Assembly: GCA_963745075.1 (NCBI GenBank) | Contig: CAVUWV010000012.1 | Coordinates: 170,380-234,379 of the forward strand | DNA from: Candidatus Hydrogenedentota bacterium | GTDB lineage: Bacteria; Hydrogenedentota; Hydrogenedentia; Hydrogenedentales; SLHB01 | Length of the DNA: 64,000 nt | Direction: 5' to 3' | Part shown: positions 35,191 through 44,406 of the stretch, piece after piece | Numbering within the stretch: position 1 is the first letter of the stretch | How the letters are laid out: every line of letters begins with the position of its first letter | Notes under the pieces: generated by a model | Told to the model about the DNA's origin: nothing | Databases searched by the model: none | What the model saw: only the letters and a program-made list of their open reading frames with translations | Translations under genes and position numbers: made by a program

Positions 35191-38100
35191 TTGTCTCAAA
35201 GGAAGATCCCGACCGTGTTGATACCCGTATTGCGACGAACCGTTCCCATTATGCTGGCCGTCTGCTTCGCCGTCGGCGTCCATGCCCTCGACTTCCCCTG
35301 GAAGTTCTCGCGCGATGCGTCCAACGGCCGACTGGATCCTCAGGCGGTACCCTTCACACGATTCTCGCTGAGCGATAGCCCCGAGCAGATTTCCTGGGGC
35401 AGTCCTCTCGCCGGCGGTCCGATCCGGGCCCTGTTCATCGCCCCGCGTTTCGCGCTTGCGGACGTGAGAGCGATTGCCGACCAACTCGAGATGGAGCCCC
35501 AAATCCTCGCGTACTGGGATGCCGAACACTTGGGCCGGCCCGAGGATGCGCGGCCCCCGCTGCCGGGGACCGGCACCGAACAACTCGTCGCGCGCCTCAA
35601 TACGCTCCTCGATCGCACGTGGGATGTGATTGTCATCGCCAACGTCGATGTCACCCAAATCCCTTCGGAAACGTTCGCCGCGATTACCAAGCGGGTTCAC
35701 GACGGCACGGGACTCGTTTTGGCGCATCATCGCAAAATAACGTCGCCCGATTACCAGGCGTTTCTGGATGCGCTGGAGCCGGCGCCAGGGGCGGATCGCA
35801 TCACGCAGGGCGTGGGCTATCAACTTGCCCCAGAATGGACCAACGGCCTGGGGTTCGTGCAATCCGCGCAATTCGGAACCGGTCGGGTCGTGGAACTCGA
35901 CTTTCCGGGGCCAAGGCCTCTTACCCACTGCCTTATCCCGGCAATTACGCGCGGGCTGGACGCCGAATGGGAGCACTTCGACACCTACTTGTCTCTCGCG
36001 GCACGGGCCATACGGTGGGCCGCATCCCGAGTCCCGGAAACGACGATCGCCAGCGTCGAACCGGAACCGCTTCCGACGCCCAGTGCGATGGAAACGCCGG
36101 TGGGCTTGGACACGGACGTCGAAGGCGACGCCCTCGACCTCATTCGCAGACAGTTGGTCCGGCCGTTCATCGTCCGGTTCGCGGAGCCGCTCTCCAAGCG
36201 GTATACGATTCGCACCCGCGTTCGCAGGCCCGGTCGCGGCACACCCGTCATCACGATGTTCCCCGACATAGGCGGCACGGATGCCCGCGTCTATCTGGTC
36301 GCCGGCACCGGCGTGTATTATCTGGATGTATGGCTGCTGGACGGAGACGACGTGGTGGATTGGTATACGGAGGCCGTCGTCGTCGATGCGTGGCCGGTCA
36401 TCAACAATCTCACCCTGAATCGCACGACGCTGCTTTCACAGGATACCCTCGGCCTGTCGTTCACGATGCCGCCGCGGCCCCGTCCCGCCACCGTGTTAAC
36501 CCGCGCGACGGACCCGCTCGGCCGCGTCGTTGCGGAGTCCCTCGTTCGGGTGCCCCCGGATACGGGACTCGTTCACGCCGGGTTGGACCTGGACGACCTG
36601 ATCGCAGGTCCCGTCAAGGTCGAGGTTTTCGCTCTCGATCGAGATGCCGAGTCGTTTTCCGAATGGGATACGACCCACGCCACTTACGCGTATCGGTACC
36701 TCCCCGTGCGCGGCTTGCGTCCCGATACCGCCTTCCGTTTGATTGCGCATATCGACGGCTCCGCCGAATACAACGCGAGGCGCTCCTATCGCGTGCTCGC
36801 GAATAGCGGTATCGATCGGGCCTACACACAAGGTTCTGAAACCGCCGTCGCCTTTCTCGCCGAAGCGAATTTGAATCCAGTTGCGCGCGTTGCGCAATAC
36901 ACGCCGGAGCGTATTGTCAACGGTGCGGTGCGTGAACCCTGCTTTACCGATTCCGCCTGGATCGAAACGGAAACGGACCGCCTTGATTCACTTGCGGACG
37001 TGGTTCGCCTTGCGGGTGCGACGCGCCTGTCCCTGGGCGACGGCAATTGTCTGGCGGCAGGCGACGAACCGGTTTGCCAGTCGGCGTCTGCCGTCGATGC
37101 CTACGGAAGCTATTTGCGCACCTTCTACGGATCGCGGGCTGCCGCCGAGAACGCGACCGACCACGCGGATCAAACTGGTGATACGAAGGCCTACGACCAG
37201 TGGCTCGATTTTCGATCGTTCATGGATTCGGTGTTCGTTGGGCGCCACGCGGACGTGCGCTCCCAATTGAAAAAGCTAGACAACCGCCTGAGCGTGGGTT
37301 TCACCACCCGCCCGAATCCCGGTCCTTACACGGGCTACGACTGGCGGGAGCTGGCGGACGCGTTGGACTGGATCGCCGTTCCCTTCGACCCGGTGGTCGT
37401 CGAAAAGGTCCGCAGTTATCGTCAAATTGAGATGAACCTGGGATTGGAAATCTCGTCCCCCCTGAATGCGCTTGACGAGGGCCGTGCGCGGTGGTTCCCG
37501 TGGTACGCGGCGCTGCACGGCATCTCGGAACTGTGGCTCCCCCCCGTCCTGGCGACCAGCGAAAACGTCGTTCCCGCGCCGCTCATCGCTCCGGACGGGA
37601 GCCCAATCTCCCAGGCGCCGGACCTGTTTCGTGAGGCTCAAGTGCTGTCCTCGGGCGTCAACGGGCTGCTGCAAACAGCGCACCGGGAGTCCTCCGGCAT
37701 TGCCATATACGACAGCCGCGCCAGCTACTACCTTGACTACGCCGAGAACTCGTACGGTTGTGATACCTCGGCCGCCCAGCGCCGGTTCCTGTCGCTGCTG
37801 CGTCGCCTGGGTTTTCAGTGTGATTTCGTCTCGTCGCGGGACGCCGTTCGCGGAGGCCTGCATGGATACAACGTGCTGATCCTGCCCATGGTGCGTGCCA
37901 TGGCGGACGACGAGGTCGCCGCGATCCGCGCATTCCGGAATTCCGGCGGTTGCCTTATCGCCGATATCGCGCCAGGAGCATACGACGCCCATGGCGTTCC
38001 CCGTTCCTCGCTGCCACTCGACGACCTCTTCGGGGTTCGCCACGTTAAACCGCCGCGAGCCGGCGCCGCCGCGCAAGCCCTCGTGCAAATCGACGTCGGG

Positions 38101-38883
38101 GGCACGCGCGCCTCGGGCACCTTCGAGGGCCTGATTCCCGATGCGGGCGTCGAGGCCACTTCTGCCGCCGTCGGTGGAATCGCCGGAACCGCACCGGTTT
38201 GGCTCATAAACCAGTCGAATGGCCTTACGGCGTTCATCAACCATGCCCTCCCCGAGGCGGGCGAATCCGCCCTCGTGTATGCCACCCTGTTGAACGCGAT
38301 TGTGACGGCCGGCGGCGCATCGCGACCGCTCGTTGTAGATGCCCATGGGGACCGTCGCTTTCGCGGCGATGTCTTTGGGTACACGCTTGATGCCAACCGC
38401 GTCGTCGCCGTTCTGGCAGATTCGGACGCCCCCGAGCAGAGCCTCGACATTGCCTTTCCCGATGCGGATTCGTACTACGACCTGTTGAACGCGATCCGTG
38501 TGCACCGACCGAAGAAGTCGCCGGTCAAACTCGCGGGCGGCGCCGTTGCCCTGTATTCGATGCTCCCCTACGACGTTAGCGGTGTGACGCTGGAAACTCT
38601 GCCCAGTGCGGCAACCGGTACCCGGATTCCCTTCTCGATTCGTATCGAAACCCGCAACGGCGATCCGTCGACGCACGTTGTCCACGTGCAATTGTATTCA
38701 CTCGTGACAGATGCCGTCGGACCAATTCCCTACTATGCCCAGGATCTCGTATGCAAGGATGGCACGGGGGAAGGATACTTCCGGCTTGCCCTGAATGAAC
38801 GTCCCGGCGTATATAAGCTTCTTGCACGCGACGTACTCACAGGGACGGCGGCAGAAGCGGTCGTCAAGGTTCACGAACCGTAA
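35191..38883 (+). CDS. Large secreted protein with GH42/beta-galactosidase trimerisation-like (class I GATase fold) region
   Basis: Signal-like N-terminus; YNVLILP...IRAFRNSGGCLIAD..PG; WLDFRSFMD; ALNERPGVYKLLARDVLTG tail. Confidence 0.65.
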   Translation: MSQRKIPTVLIPVLRRTVPIMLAVCFAVGVHALDFPWKFSRDASNGRLDPQAVPFTRFSLSDSPEQISWGSPLAGGPIRALFIAPRFALADVRAIADQLEMEPQILAYWDAEHLGRPEDARPPLPGTGTEQLVARLNTLLDRTWDVIVIANVDVTQIPSETFAAITKRVHDGTGLVLAHHRKITSPDYQAFLDALEPAPGADRITQGVGYQLAPEWTNGLGFVQSAQFGTGRVVELDFPGPRPLTHCLIPAITRGLDAEWEHFDTYLSLAARAIRWAASRVPETTIASVEPEPLPTPSAMETPVGLDTDVEGDALDLIRRQLVRPFIVRFAEPLSKRYTIRTRVRRPGRGTPVITMFPDIGGTDARVYLVAGTGVYYLDVWLLDGDDVVDWYTEAVVVDAWPVINNLTLNRTTLLSQDTLGLSFTMPPRPRPATVLTRATDPLGRVVAESLVRVPPDTGLVHAGLDLDDLIAGPVKVEVFALDRDAESFSEWDTTHATYAYRYLPVRGLRPDTAFRLIAHIDGSAEYNARRSYRVLANSGIDRAYTQGSETAVAFLAEANLNPVARVAQYTPERIVNGAVREPCFTDSAWIETETDRLDSLADVVRLAGATRLSLGDGNCLAAGDEPVCQSASAVDAYGSYLRTFYGSRAAAENATDHADQTGDTKAYDQWLDFRSFMDSVFVGRHADVRSQLKKLDNRLSVGFTTRPNPGPYTGYDWRELADALDWIAVPFDPVVVEKVRSYRQIEMNLGLEISSPLNALDEGRARWFPWYAALHGISELWLPPVLATSENVVPAPLIAPDGSPISQAPDLFREAQVLSSGVNGLLQTAHRESSGIAIYDSRASYYLDYAENSYGCDTSAAQRRFLSLLRRLGFQCDFVSSRDAVRGGLHGYNVLILPMVRAMADDEVAAIRAFRNSGGCLIADIAPGAYDAHGVPRSSLPLDDLFGVRHVKPPRAGAAAQALVQIDVGGTRASGTFEGLIPDAGVEATSAAVGGIAGTAPVWLINQSNGLTAFINHALPEAGESALVYATLLNAIVTAGGASRPLVVDAHGDRRFRGDVFGYTLDANRVVAVLADSDAPEQSLDIAFPDADSYYDLLNAIRVHRPKKSPVKLAGGAVALYSMLPYDVSGVTLETLPSAATGTRIPFSIRIETRNGDPSTHVVHVQLYSLVTDAVGPIPYYAQDLVCKDGTGEGYFRLALNERPGVYKLLARDVLTGTAAEAVVKVHEP

Positions 38884-38912
38884 ATTACCCCGGGTTGTTG
38901 CCGGAGACATTG

Positions 38913-39629
38913 ATGCTTGCGGGAATTCACCAATTGCACTATCTGCCATGGTTGCGGTACTTCGAAAAGATCGCCCGCAGCGACGTCTTCATAGTGCTCG
39001 ACAACATCCAGTACAACAAAAATGGTTGGCAGAACCGTAACAAAGTGAAAACCGCCTCCGGCCCTACGCTGCTTACCGTGCCCGTCCACGCGGCTCTTGG
39101 AGCGACGCTCGATGAGGTGCGAATCGATACCACCGCCAAGTGGTCGCGCAAACACTGGGCGACGATTGAACAAAACTATGCATCCGCCCCACATTTCGCG
39201 GAACACGCGCCCTTTTTCGAATCGGCATACGCCCGTACGTGGGGTCACCTGAACGATCTCAACCGGGAGATACTGGATTACTTCGTATCGGCTCTCGGCA
39301 TCGATACTCGTATCGTGTACGCGTCAGACCTGAACGTGCCGGGCGTCGCAACCGAACGGCTGGTCAACCTGCTTCGGGCCGTCGGAGCGGACCGGTATTA
39401 CAGCGGCGCCTTCGCGCTCGAACAATACCTGGACGCCGAACTGTTGCGCGCCGCCGGCGTGTCGTTGGCCATCCAGGAGTGGACGGCGCCCACCTATCCG
39501 CAACTTCACGGTGATTTCATTCCCGATCTGGCTGTTCCCGATCTCTTGTTCAATTGCGGTCCGGATTCGCTCAACGTTCTGTTGAGCGGGGGCGCCGTAA
39601 AGCACGTGGAGACGCCGGTCCATGACTGA
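38913..39629 (+). CDS. WbqC-like protein
   Basis: HQLHYLPWLRYFEKI, WQNRNKVK, YPQL, DLLFNCGP. Confidence 0.9.
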   Translation: MLAGIHQLHYLPWLRYFEKIARSDVFIVLDNIQYNKNGWQNRNKVKTASGPTLLTVPVHAALGATLDEVRIDTTAKWSRKHWATIEQNYASAPHFAEHAPFFESAYARTWGHLNDLNREILDYFVSALGIDTRIVYASDLNVPGVATERLVNLLRAVGADRYYSGAFALEQYLDAELLRAAGVSLAIQEWTAPTYPQLHGDFIPDLAVPDLLFNCGPDSLNVLLSGGAVKHVETPVHD

Positions 39630-40621
39630 TTCGCCGCGCCGCACCATACCCCATTCCGCGACCGCGCTGGGGCTGGAGGAATCGAAGCTGCAACACGCGT
39701 GCTCCGGTCCGGTCACCTGTCCCAGGGCGAGGAGGGGAAGGCCTTCGAGGAGGAATGCGCGGCTTTCGTAGGCCGACGGTACGCCGTTGCGGTGAACAGC
39801 GGAACGAGCGCTCTCCACCTGGCCCTCGGGGCATTGGGCGTGGCCCCAAACGAACCGGTCGCCGTGCCGTCATATGGCTGCGCCGCGCTGATTACCGCGG
39901 TACGGCTTCAACATGCCCGGCCCATCCTCGGCGACATAGACGATTCGTTCAACCTTGACCCGGAACAGGTCTCCGCTTCGTGTCGCATCGCGATCCTCGC
40001 TCATTTGTTCGGTGCGCGCGGCCATGCGCCGAAAGGCCGGTTCATCGAGGATATTGCCCAGTCCTTGGGCGGACCGACGGGGCGGCACGGCATTGTCGCT
40101 ATCGCGTCCTTCTACGCCACAAAGCTCATGACGACGGGCGAAGGCGGCATGGTCTTGACAGACGACGCTGAAATCGCCGCCTACGTCCGCGACCGGCGCG
40201 ACTACGACAATCGCGACGACTTCGAGGTCCGGTTTAACTACAAATTGACCGATTTGCAGGCTGCCGTGGGCCGCGCGCAACTCGCGAAGCTGCCCTCATT
40301 CATCGCACGCCGGCAAGCAATCGCCGCACGGTACTGCGAAGCATTCAAGGATTTGCCCGTTCGTCTGCCGAAGCCCAAGGACCACGTCTTTTTCCGATAC
40401 GCGATCGCAACCGCCGACCGGGATCGCCTCGAAGCGTACCTCCAGGATTGCGGCGTCGAAGCGAAGCGTCCCGTCTACCGTCCCGCCCACCATTATCTAG
40501 GGGGGGAGTTCCCCAATCCGAACGCGCGCACCGCGAGTGTCTATCGCTGCCGATCTATCCCGCGCTGATCGATGCCGACGCGCAACATGTGATAGACTCC
40601 GTCCAGCGATTCTTTGATTAA
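39622..40621 (+). pseudogene. DegT/DnrJ/EryC1/StrS sugar aminotransferase with 1-bp frameshifts near 39681 and 40518
   Basis: VNSGTSALHLAL, EDIAQS, SFYATKLMTTGEGG; alternate frame restores CLSLPIYPAL...FFD stop at 40621. Confidence 0.85.
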
Positions 40622-40655
40622 AACTTCCACCGAAAGCCTATACTCGTTTGGCCTG

Positions 40656-40723
40656 TTGTGGTGCGGCCATCCGGGCGGCCCCTGACCTCACGAACAGTGC
40701 AGGCAAGGATGCCCGCACCACAA
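40656..40723. repeat. REP-like inverted repeat, family C
   Basis: ttgtggtgcggccatcc / ggatgcccgcaccacaa (1 mismatch). Confidence 0.65.
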
Positions 40724-40805
40724 TTCGGCCACGTGGGCTTCTGGTGGAAGTTTCCGGCGCAGTTCGCGGCACCGGCGGAACTTGGGGAGTAGGGCGACTC
40801 GGGGT

Positions 40806-41945
40806 ATGCTGCAAGGACTTCCATACTGGCCGCGTACGTATATCATGGTCGGCTGCGCAGCCTTCGTAATCTCCGCCCTCGGCATGCCCATCGCCATTTA
40901 CCTGTTGCGCAAGGCTCGGGTGTTGGACCACGTCGCGGAAAACAAAATCCACGACCGCCCCATCCCGCGCGGCGGAGGAATCGTCATCTTCCTGGCCTTC
41001 GCCATTGCCGTGCTGCTTCCAAACTACCGCGACAATCCCATGAAAGGCGTATTGCTCGGTTCCGGCATATGCCTCTTCGTCGGCGCTATCGACGACATCC
41101 GCGGAGGAATCTCCGCGTCTCTGAAATTCTTCACCCTTCTCGGGGTGACCATTATCATGTCGCACTATGGCGTTCTGCTGAACGTATTCAAGATCTATCC
41201 ACTCGATTTGGCGTTGACCCTCATCTGGATCGTCGGCGTGACCAGCGCGTTCAACGGGATCGACAACATGGACGGGCTCGCCGCCGGGATTGCGACCATC
41301 GTTTCCAGCATGTACCTTATCATCGCCGTTCAGGCATTTCTCGCCGCCGGCACCGAAACCTCGTTGTCCTGGTTCGGCCTGCTCGCCGCCGGGCTCATCG
41401 GCGCCAATCTCGGCTTCCTCGTCTACAACTTCAAGCCCGCCCGTATCTTCATGGGAGATTCCGGCAGCTTCTTTCTCGGCTTTACCCTCGCCGCACTTGG
41501 CGTGATGGGCGAGTGGAGCCGGATACCCGTCATTTCGATCAGCATTCCCGTACTGATTCTGGGCGTCCCCATCTTCGATTTTGCATACATCATCATCGCC
41601 CGAATCCTACGGGGTGAAACCCGGACCCTGCGCGACGTGATCGAGCATTGCGCGCCCGACCACCTGTCGCACCGCCTCGTGTGGATCGGGTTTTCGCAGC
41701 GAAAAGCGGTGACGTTTATCTACCTCATCGCCGTGTCCATGGGCGTAAGCGGGATTCTGCTGCGAAATACCGCGAGCCTGTTCGAGAACGCCTTGGCCCT
41801 GTTTCAGGGCACGGCTATCGTGCTCATCGTAGTGGTGTTAATGGCCACCGCCGCCCGGCGTCATCGGGCCTTAATCGCAGAGGAAATCGCCAAATTAAAC
41901 GGCGACGCAGGGCCGACGGACAAATCAGAGCAATCAAACGGATGA
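40806..41945 (+). CDS. Undecaprenyl-phosphate GlcNAc-1-phosphate transferase (WecA/TagO, MraY family)
   Basis: PRGGG, GAIDD, NGIDNMDGL, FMGDSGS, HLSHRL. Confidence 0.92.
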   Translation: MLQGLPYWPRTYIMVGCAAFVISALGMPIAIYLLRKARVLDHVAENKIHDRPIPRGGGIVIFLAFAIAVLLPNYRDNPMKGVLLGSGICLFVGAIDDIRGGISASLKFFTLLGVTIIMSHYGVLLNVFKIYPLDLALTLIWIVGVTSAFNGIDNMDGLAAGIATIVSSMYLIIAVQAFLAAGTETSLSWFGLLAAGLIGANLGFLVYNFKPARIFMGDSGSFFLGFTLAALGVMGEWSRIPVISISIPVLILGVPIFDFAYIIIARILRGETRTLRDVIEHCAPDHLSHRLVWIGFSQRKAVTFIYLIAVSMGVSGILLRNTASLFENALALFQGTAIVLIVVVLMATAARRHRALIAEEIAKLNGDAGPTDKSEQSNG

Positions 41946-41964
41946 AGGTACTGGGAGGGTCGAG

Positions 41965-43278
41965 ATGCGTGCAGTTCTGGCAGTAGCCGTATGTGTGGTG
42001 TTGACATCAACTGGATGCATCACGGTCGAAATCCCCGCGTCATTCGACGTGACCCTCAGCGAACGCGACGACGCCTGCAATGTCATGAGCTTCGGCGCGG
42101 CGCCGGATGGCATGACCGACAACACGGAAGCCTTTCAGAAGGCCCTCGATGCCACCGGCGCCAACGGTGGTGGCATCGTCAACGTCCCGACCGGCCGATA
42201 CATTTTTGATGGTTCCTTGACCTTCCCCAAGGAAGTCACGCTGCGCGGATCGTTCGCTTACGCTCCCGCGCACGCGGGGATTCGAGACAATAGCGATGAG
42301 AAGCCCGTCTACGGAACCGTACTGATGCCCCGGGCCAACGCCGGAGCCGAGGACGGCGCTCCATTTATCACCTTACAGACCAATTCAGTAATCAAAGGCG
42401 TCAGCATCCACTATCCCGATCAGGACCCCAAGTCGGACGAGCCGACGCCGTATCCCTACACCATCGCGATGCGTGGCAACAACCCCGCCGTCCTCGACGT
42501 GGAACTCTTGAATCCCTACAACGGCATCGACGCCAGTCAAAACCAGCGCGCCCTCATTCGGAACGTCCACGGCCAGCCCATCCATATCGGGGTTTACGTG
42601 AACGACGTCTATGACATCGGGCGCATCGAGAACGTTCACTGGAACCCCTGGTGGTCTATCGGAACCCCCGTCTACGAATGGCAGATGAACCATGGGGTCG
42701 GCTTTCTCTTCGGGCGCACGGACTGGCACTACGTGTTAAACACCTTCTGTTTCGGCTACAACGTCGGCTACCAGTTCATCGAAACCGACAAAGGCGTCAC
42801 CAACGGCAACTTCCTGGGGATCGGCGCCGACAACTGCTACACCGCGCTCGAAGTCCAAAACAGCGCCCCCTTTGGCATTCTCATCACGAATGGGGAGTTC
42901 GTCTCCTTCAAAGGCCCGGACCCGACCATGGTTCGCGTTACGGACACCAACGAAGGCTCGGTCCGGTTCAACAATTGCGCGTTCTGGGGCCCCTGCAACC
43001 GGAACGCGGTCGTTGACGGCTCCGGCGTCGTCGGGTTCAGCGATTGCACCTTCGTCCAGTGGGGTCATGGGAAAGAAGAGACCCACGCCCTCAAGATCGT
43101 TGGCGGTTCGGTCCTGATTCGCGGCTGCGAGTTCCGGGAGGACAAAAAACAAGTGTACCTTGGACCAAAGGTGTCCCGTGCGGTCGTTACCGACAACCTC
43201 TTCTCAGGAGAGGCGCGGATTACGAACGAGTCCAAAGGGGACGTCGTGATTGCCAACAACGTCACGACAAAGAAATAG
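41965..43278 (+). CDS. Pectin-lyase-fold (beta-helix) lipoprotein, probable glycan-active enzyme
   Basis: Lipobox STGC; FGAAPDGMTDNTEAFQKALD..GGGIVNVPTGRY. Confidence 0.8.
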   Translation: MRAVLAVAVCVVLTSTGCITVEIPASFDVTLSERDDACNVMSFGAAPDGMTDNTEAFQKALDATGANGGGIVNVPTGRYIFDGSLTFPKEVTLRGSFAYAPAHAGIRDNSDEKPVYGTVLMPRANAGAEDGAPFITLQTNSVIKGVSIHYPDQDPKSDEPTPYPYTIAMRGNNPAVLDVELLNPYNGIDASQNQRALIRNVHGQPIHIGVYVNDVYDIGRIENVHWNPWWSIGTPVYEWQMNHGVGFLFGRTDWHYVLNTFCFGYNVGYQFIETDKGVTNGNFLGIGADNCYTALEVQNSAPFGILITNGEFVSFKGPDPTMVRVTDTNEGSVRFNNCAFWGPCNRNAVVDGSGVVGFSDCTFVQWGHGKEETHALKIVGGSVLIRGCEFREDKKQVYLGPKVSRAVVTDNLFSGEARITNESKGDVVIANNVTTKK

Positions 43279-43335
43279 GACCATTCCCGCCCGCGGCGGA
43301 GAATGGCCCTCATATTGAAGAATCAACCGTATCTC

Positions 43336-44256
43336 TTACTGCGACTTGTATATGAGCGGGCCACCTGCTGCTGAGCCGTCCGGCAACAAACGCAACGAGG
43401 GATCGGAGTAGGCGGTCTCTGCTCCTTCTCCCTGCCGCGAACGTGCCAGGAAATCAAAGTCCAGTCGTCCGTTTTCGTTGATGTCCCGCGTGGCGAGGTA
43501 TGCCGCGCGCAACGCCAGTATGTTGTAGTAGGTTGTGTCATCCGTCGCGATCGACCCGATGAATGCGGCTTCATTCGGAGGGCTTGCCACGCCGTGCGTG
43601 TTTTCTTCCGGGCCGACGCCAATCAAAACGAAGCCATCGTAGCGTGGCGGCGGATACCCCAACGTGGAGTCAAAGTTGGCATTCCAGAGATTAAGATTCT
43701 CACCCGGATTGCCGCCTGCCGCAATTGTCCGCTTCAATTTTTCCAATTGCTTGGAATAATACGGTGCATAGATGTACGGCCGCGGTTCTCTGCTCATGCG
43801 GCCGATCACACCCAGGCCTCCCGTGTAAACCGTTGAGTTTTGAGCCTCAAACGTATCCGCGCCTCCGTTGTACGGGACGTATTCCAGCAAGTCGATTACA
43901 TCGTTCCGGTTCGCGTCGTAGGTGGTGGAGAAGCGATCGTAGTAGTCGAGAGCGCCGAACAAGTCGATGTACGCCATATACGTCTCAAGGTGTTGAGGGG
44001 GGGGAGGAGGATTCGGCAGGGCTCCAGGATTTACCCAAGTTTTGAACCCGTATCCCGGCGGGTAACTTTGGTTCTCCGTGAAATATTGGGTCAGTGCTGT
44101 GGAAATGGCCCGAAAATCACCTTGAACGTCCGCGATCTTTGCCCGCTCCAAGGCGCGGGGAAGCGCCACCGCGACCATCCCCGCCAGGATGGCAATAATC
44201 GCAATAACGGTAAGGAGTTCGATAAGTGTAAACCCCCGCGCGTATGCCGTATTCAT
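43336..44256 (-). CDS. Prepilin-type N-terminal cleavage/methylation domain protein
   Basis: RGFTLIELLTVIAIIAILAG. Confidence 0.88.
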   Translation of the reverse strand: MNTAYARGFTLIELLTVIAIIAILAGMVAVALPRALERAKIADVQGDFRAISTALTQYFTENQSYPPGYGFKTWVNPGALPNPPPPPQHLETYMAYIDLFGALDYYDRFSTTYDANRNDVIDLLEYVPYNGGADTFEAQNSTVYTGGLGVIGRMSREPRPYIYAPYYSKQLEKLKRTIAAGGNPGENLNLWNANFDSTLGYPPPRYDGFVLIGVGPEENTHGVASPPNEAAFIGSIATDDTTYYNILALRAAYLATRDINENGRLDFDFLARSRQGEGAETAYSDPSLRLLPDGSAAGGPLIYKSQ

Positions 44257-44297
44257 GAGACAGATCTCCCCAGTTGAGAACACGAGCCTTCATTCGG

Positions 44298-44326
44298 ATG
44301 ATACCATGGGCTTACCGACCCGTCAA
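44298..44326 (-). promoter_or_regulatory. sigma70-type promoter for the prepilin gene
   Basis: Minus strand TTGACG-17 bp-TATCAT. Confidence 0.5.
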
Positions 44327-44406
44327 ATGAAGCTGTTGAAATTTGGCGATTTAGCGCGTAGCATAAGGCGTTCTCATTCCTAAGTATACTGCGAATTTTG
44401 ACGCCC

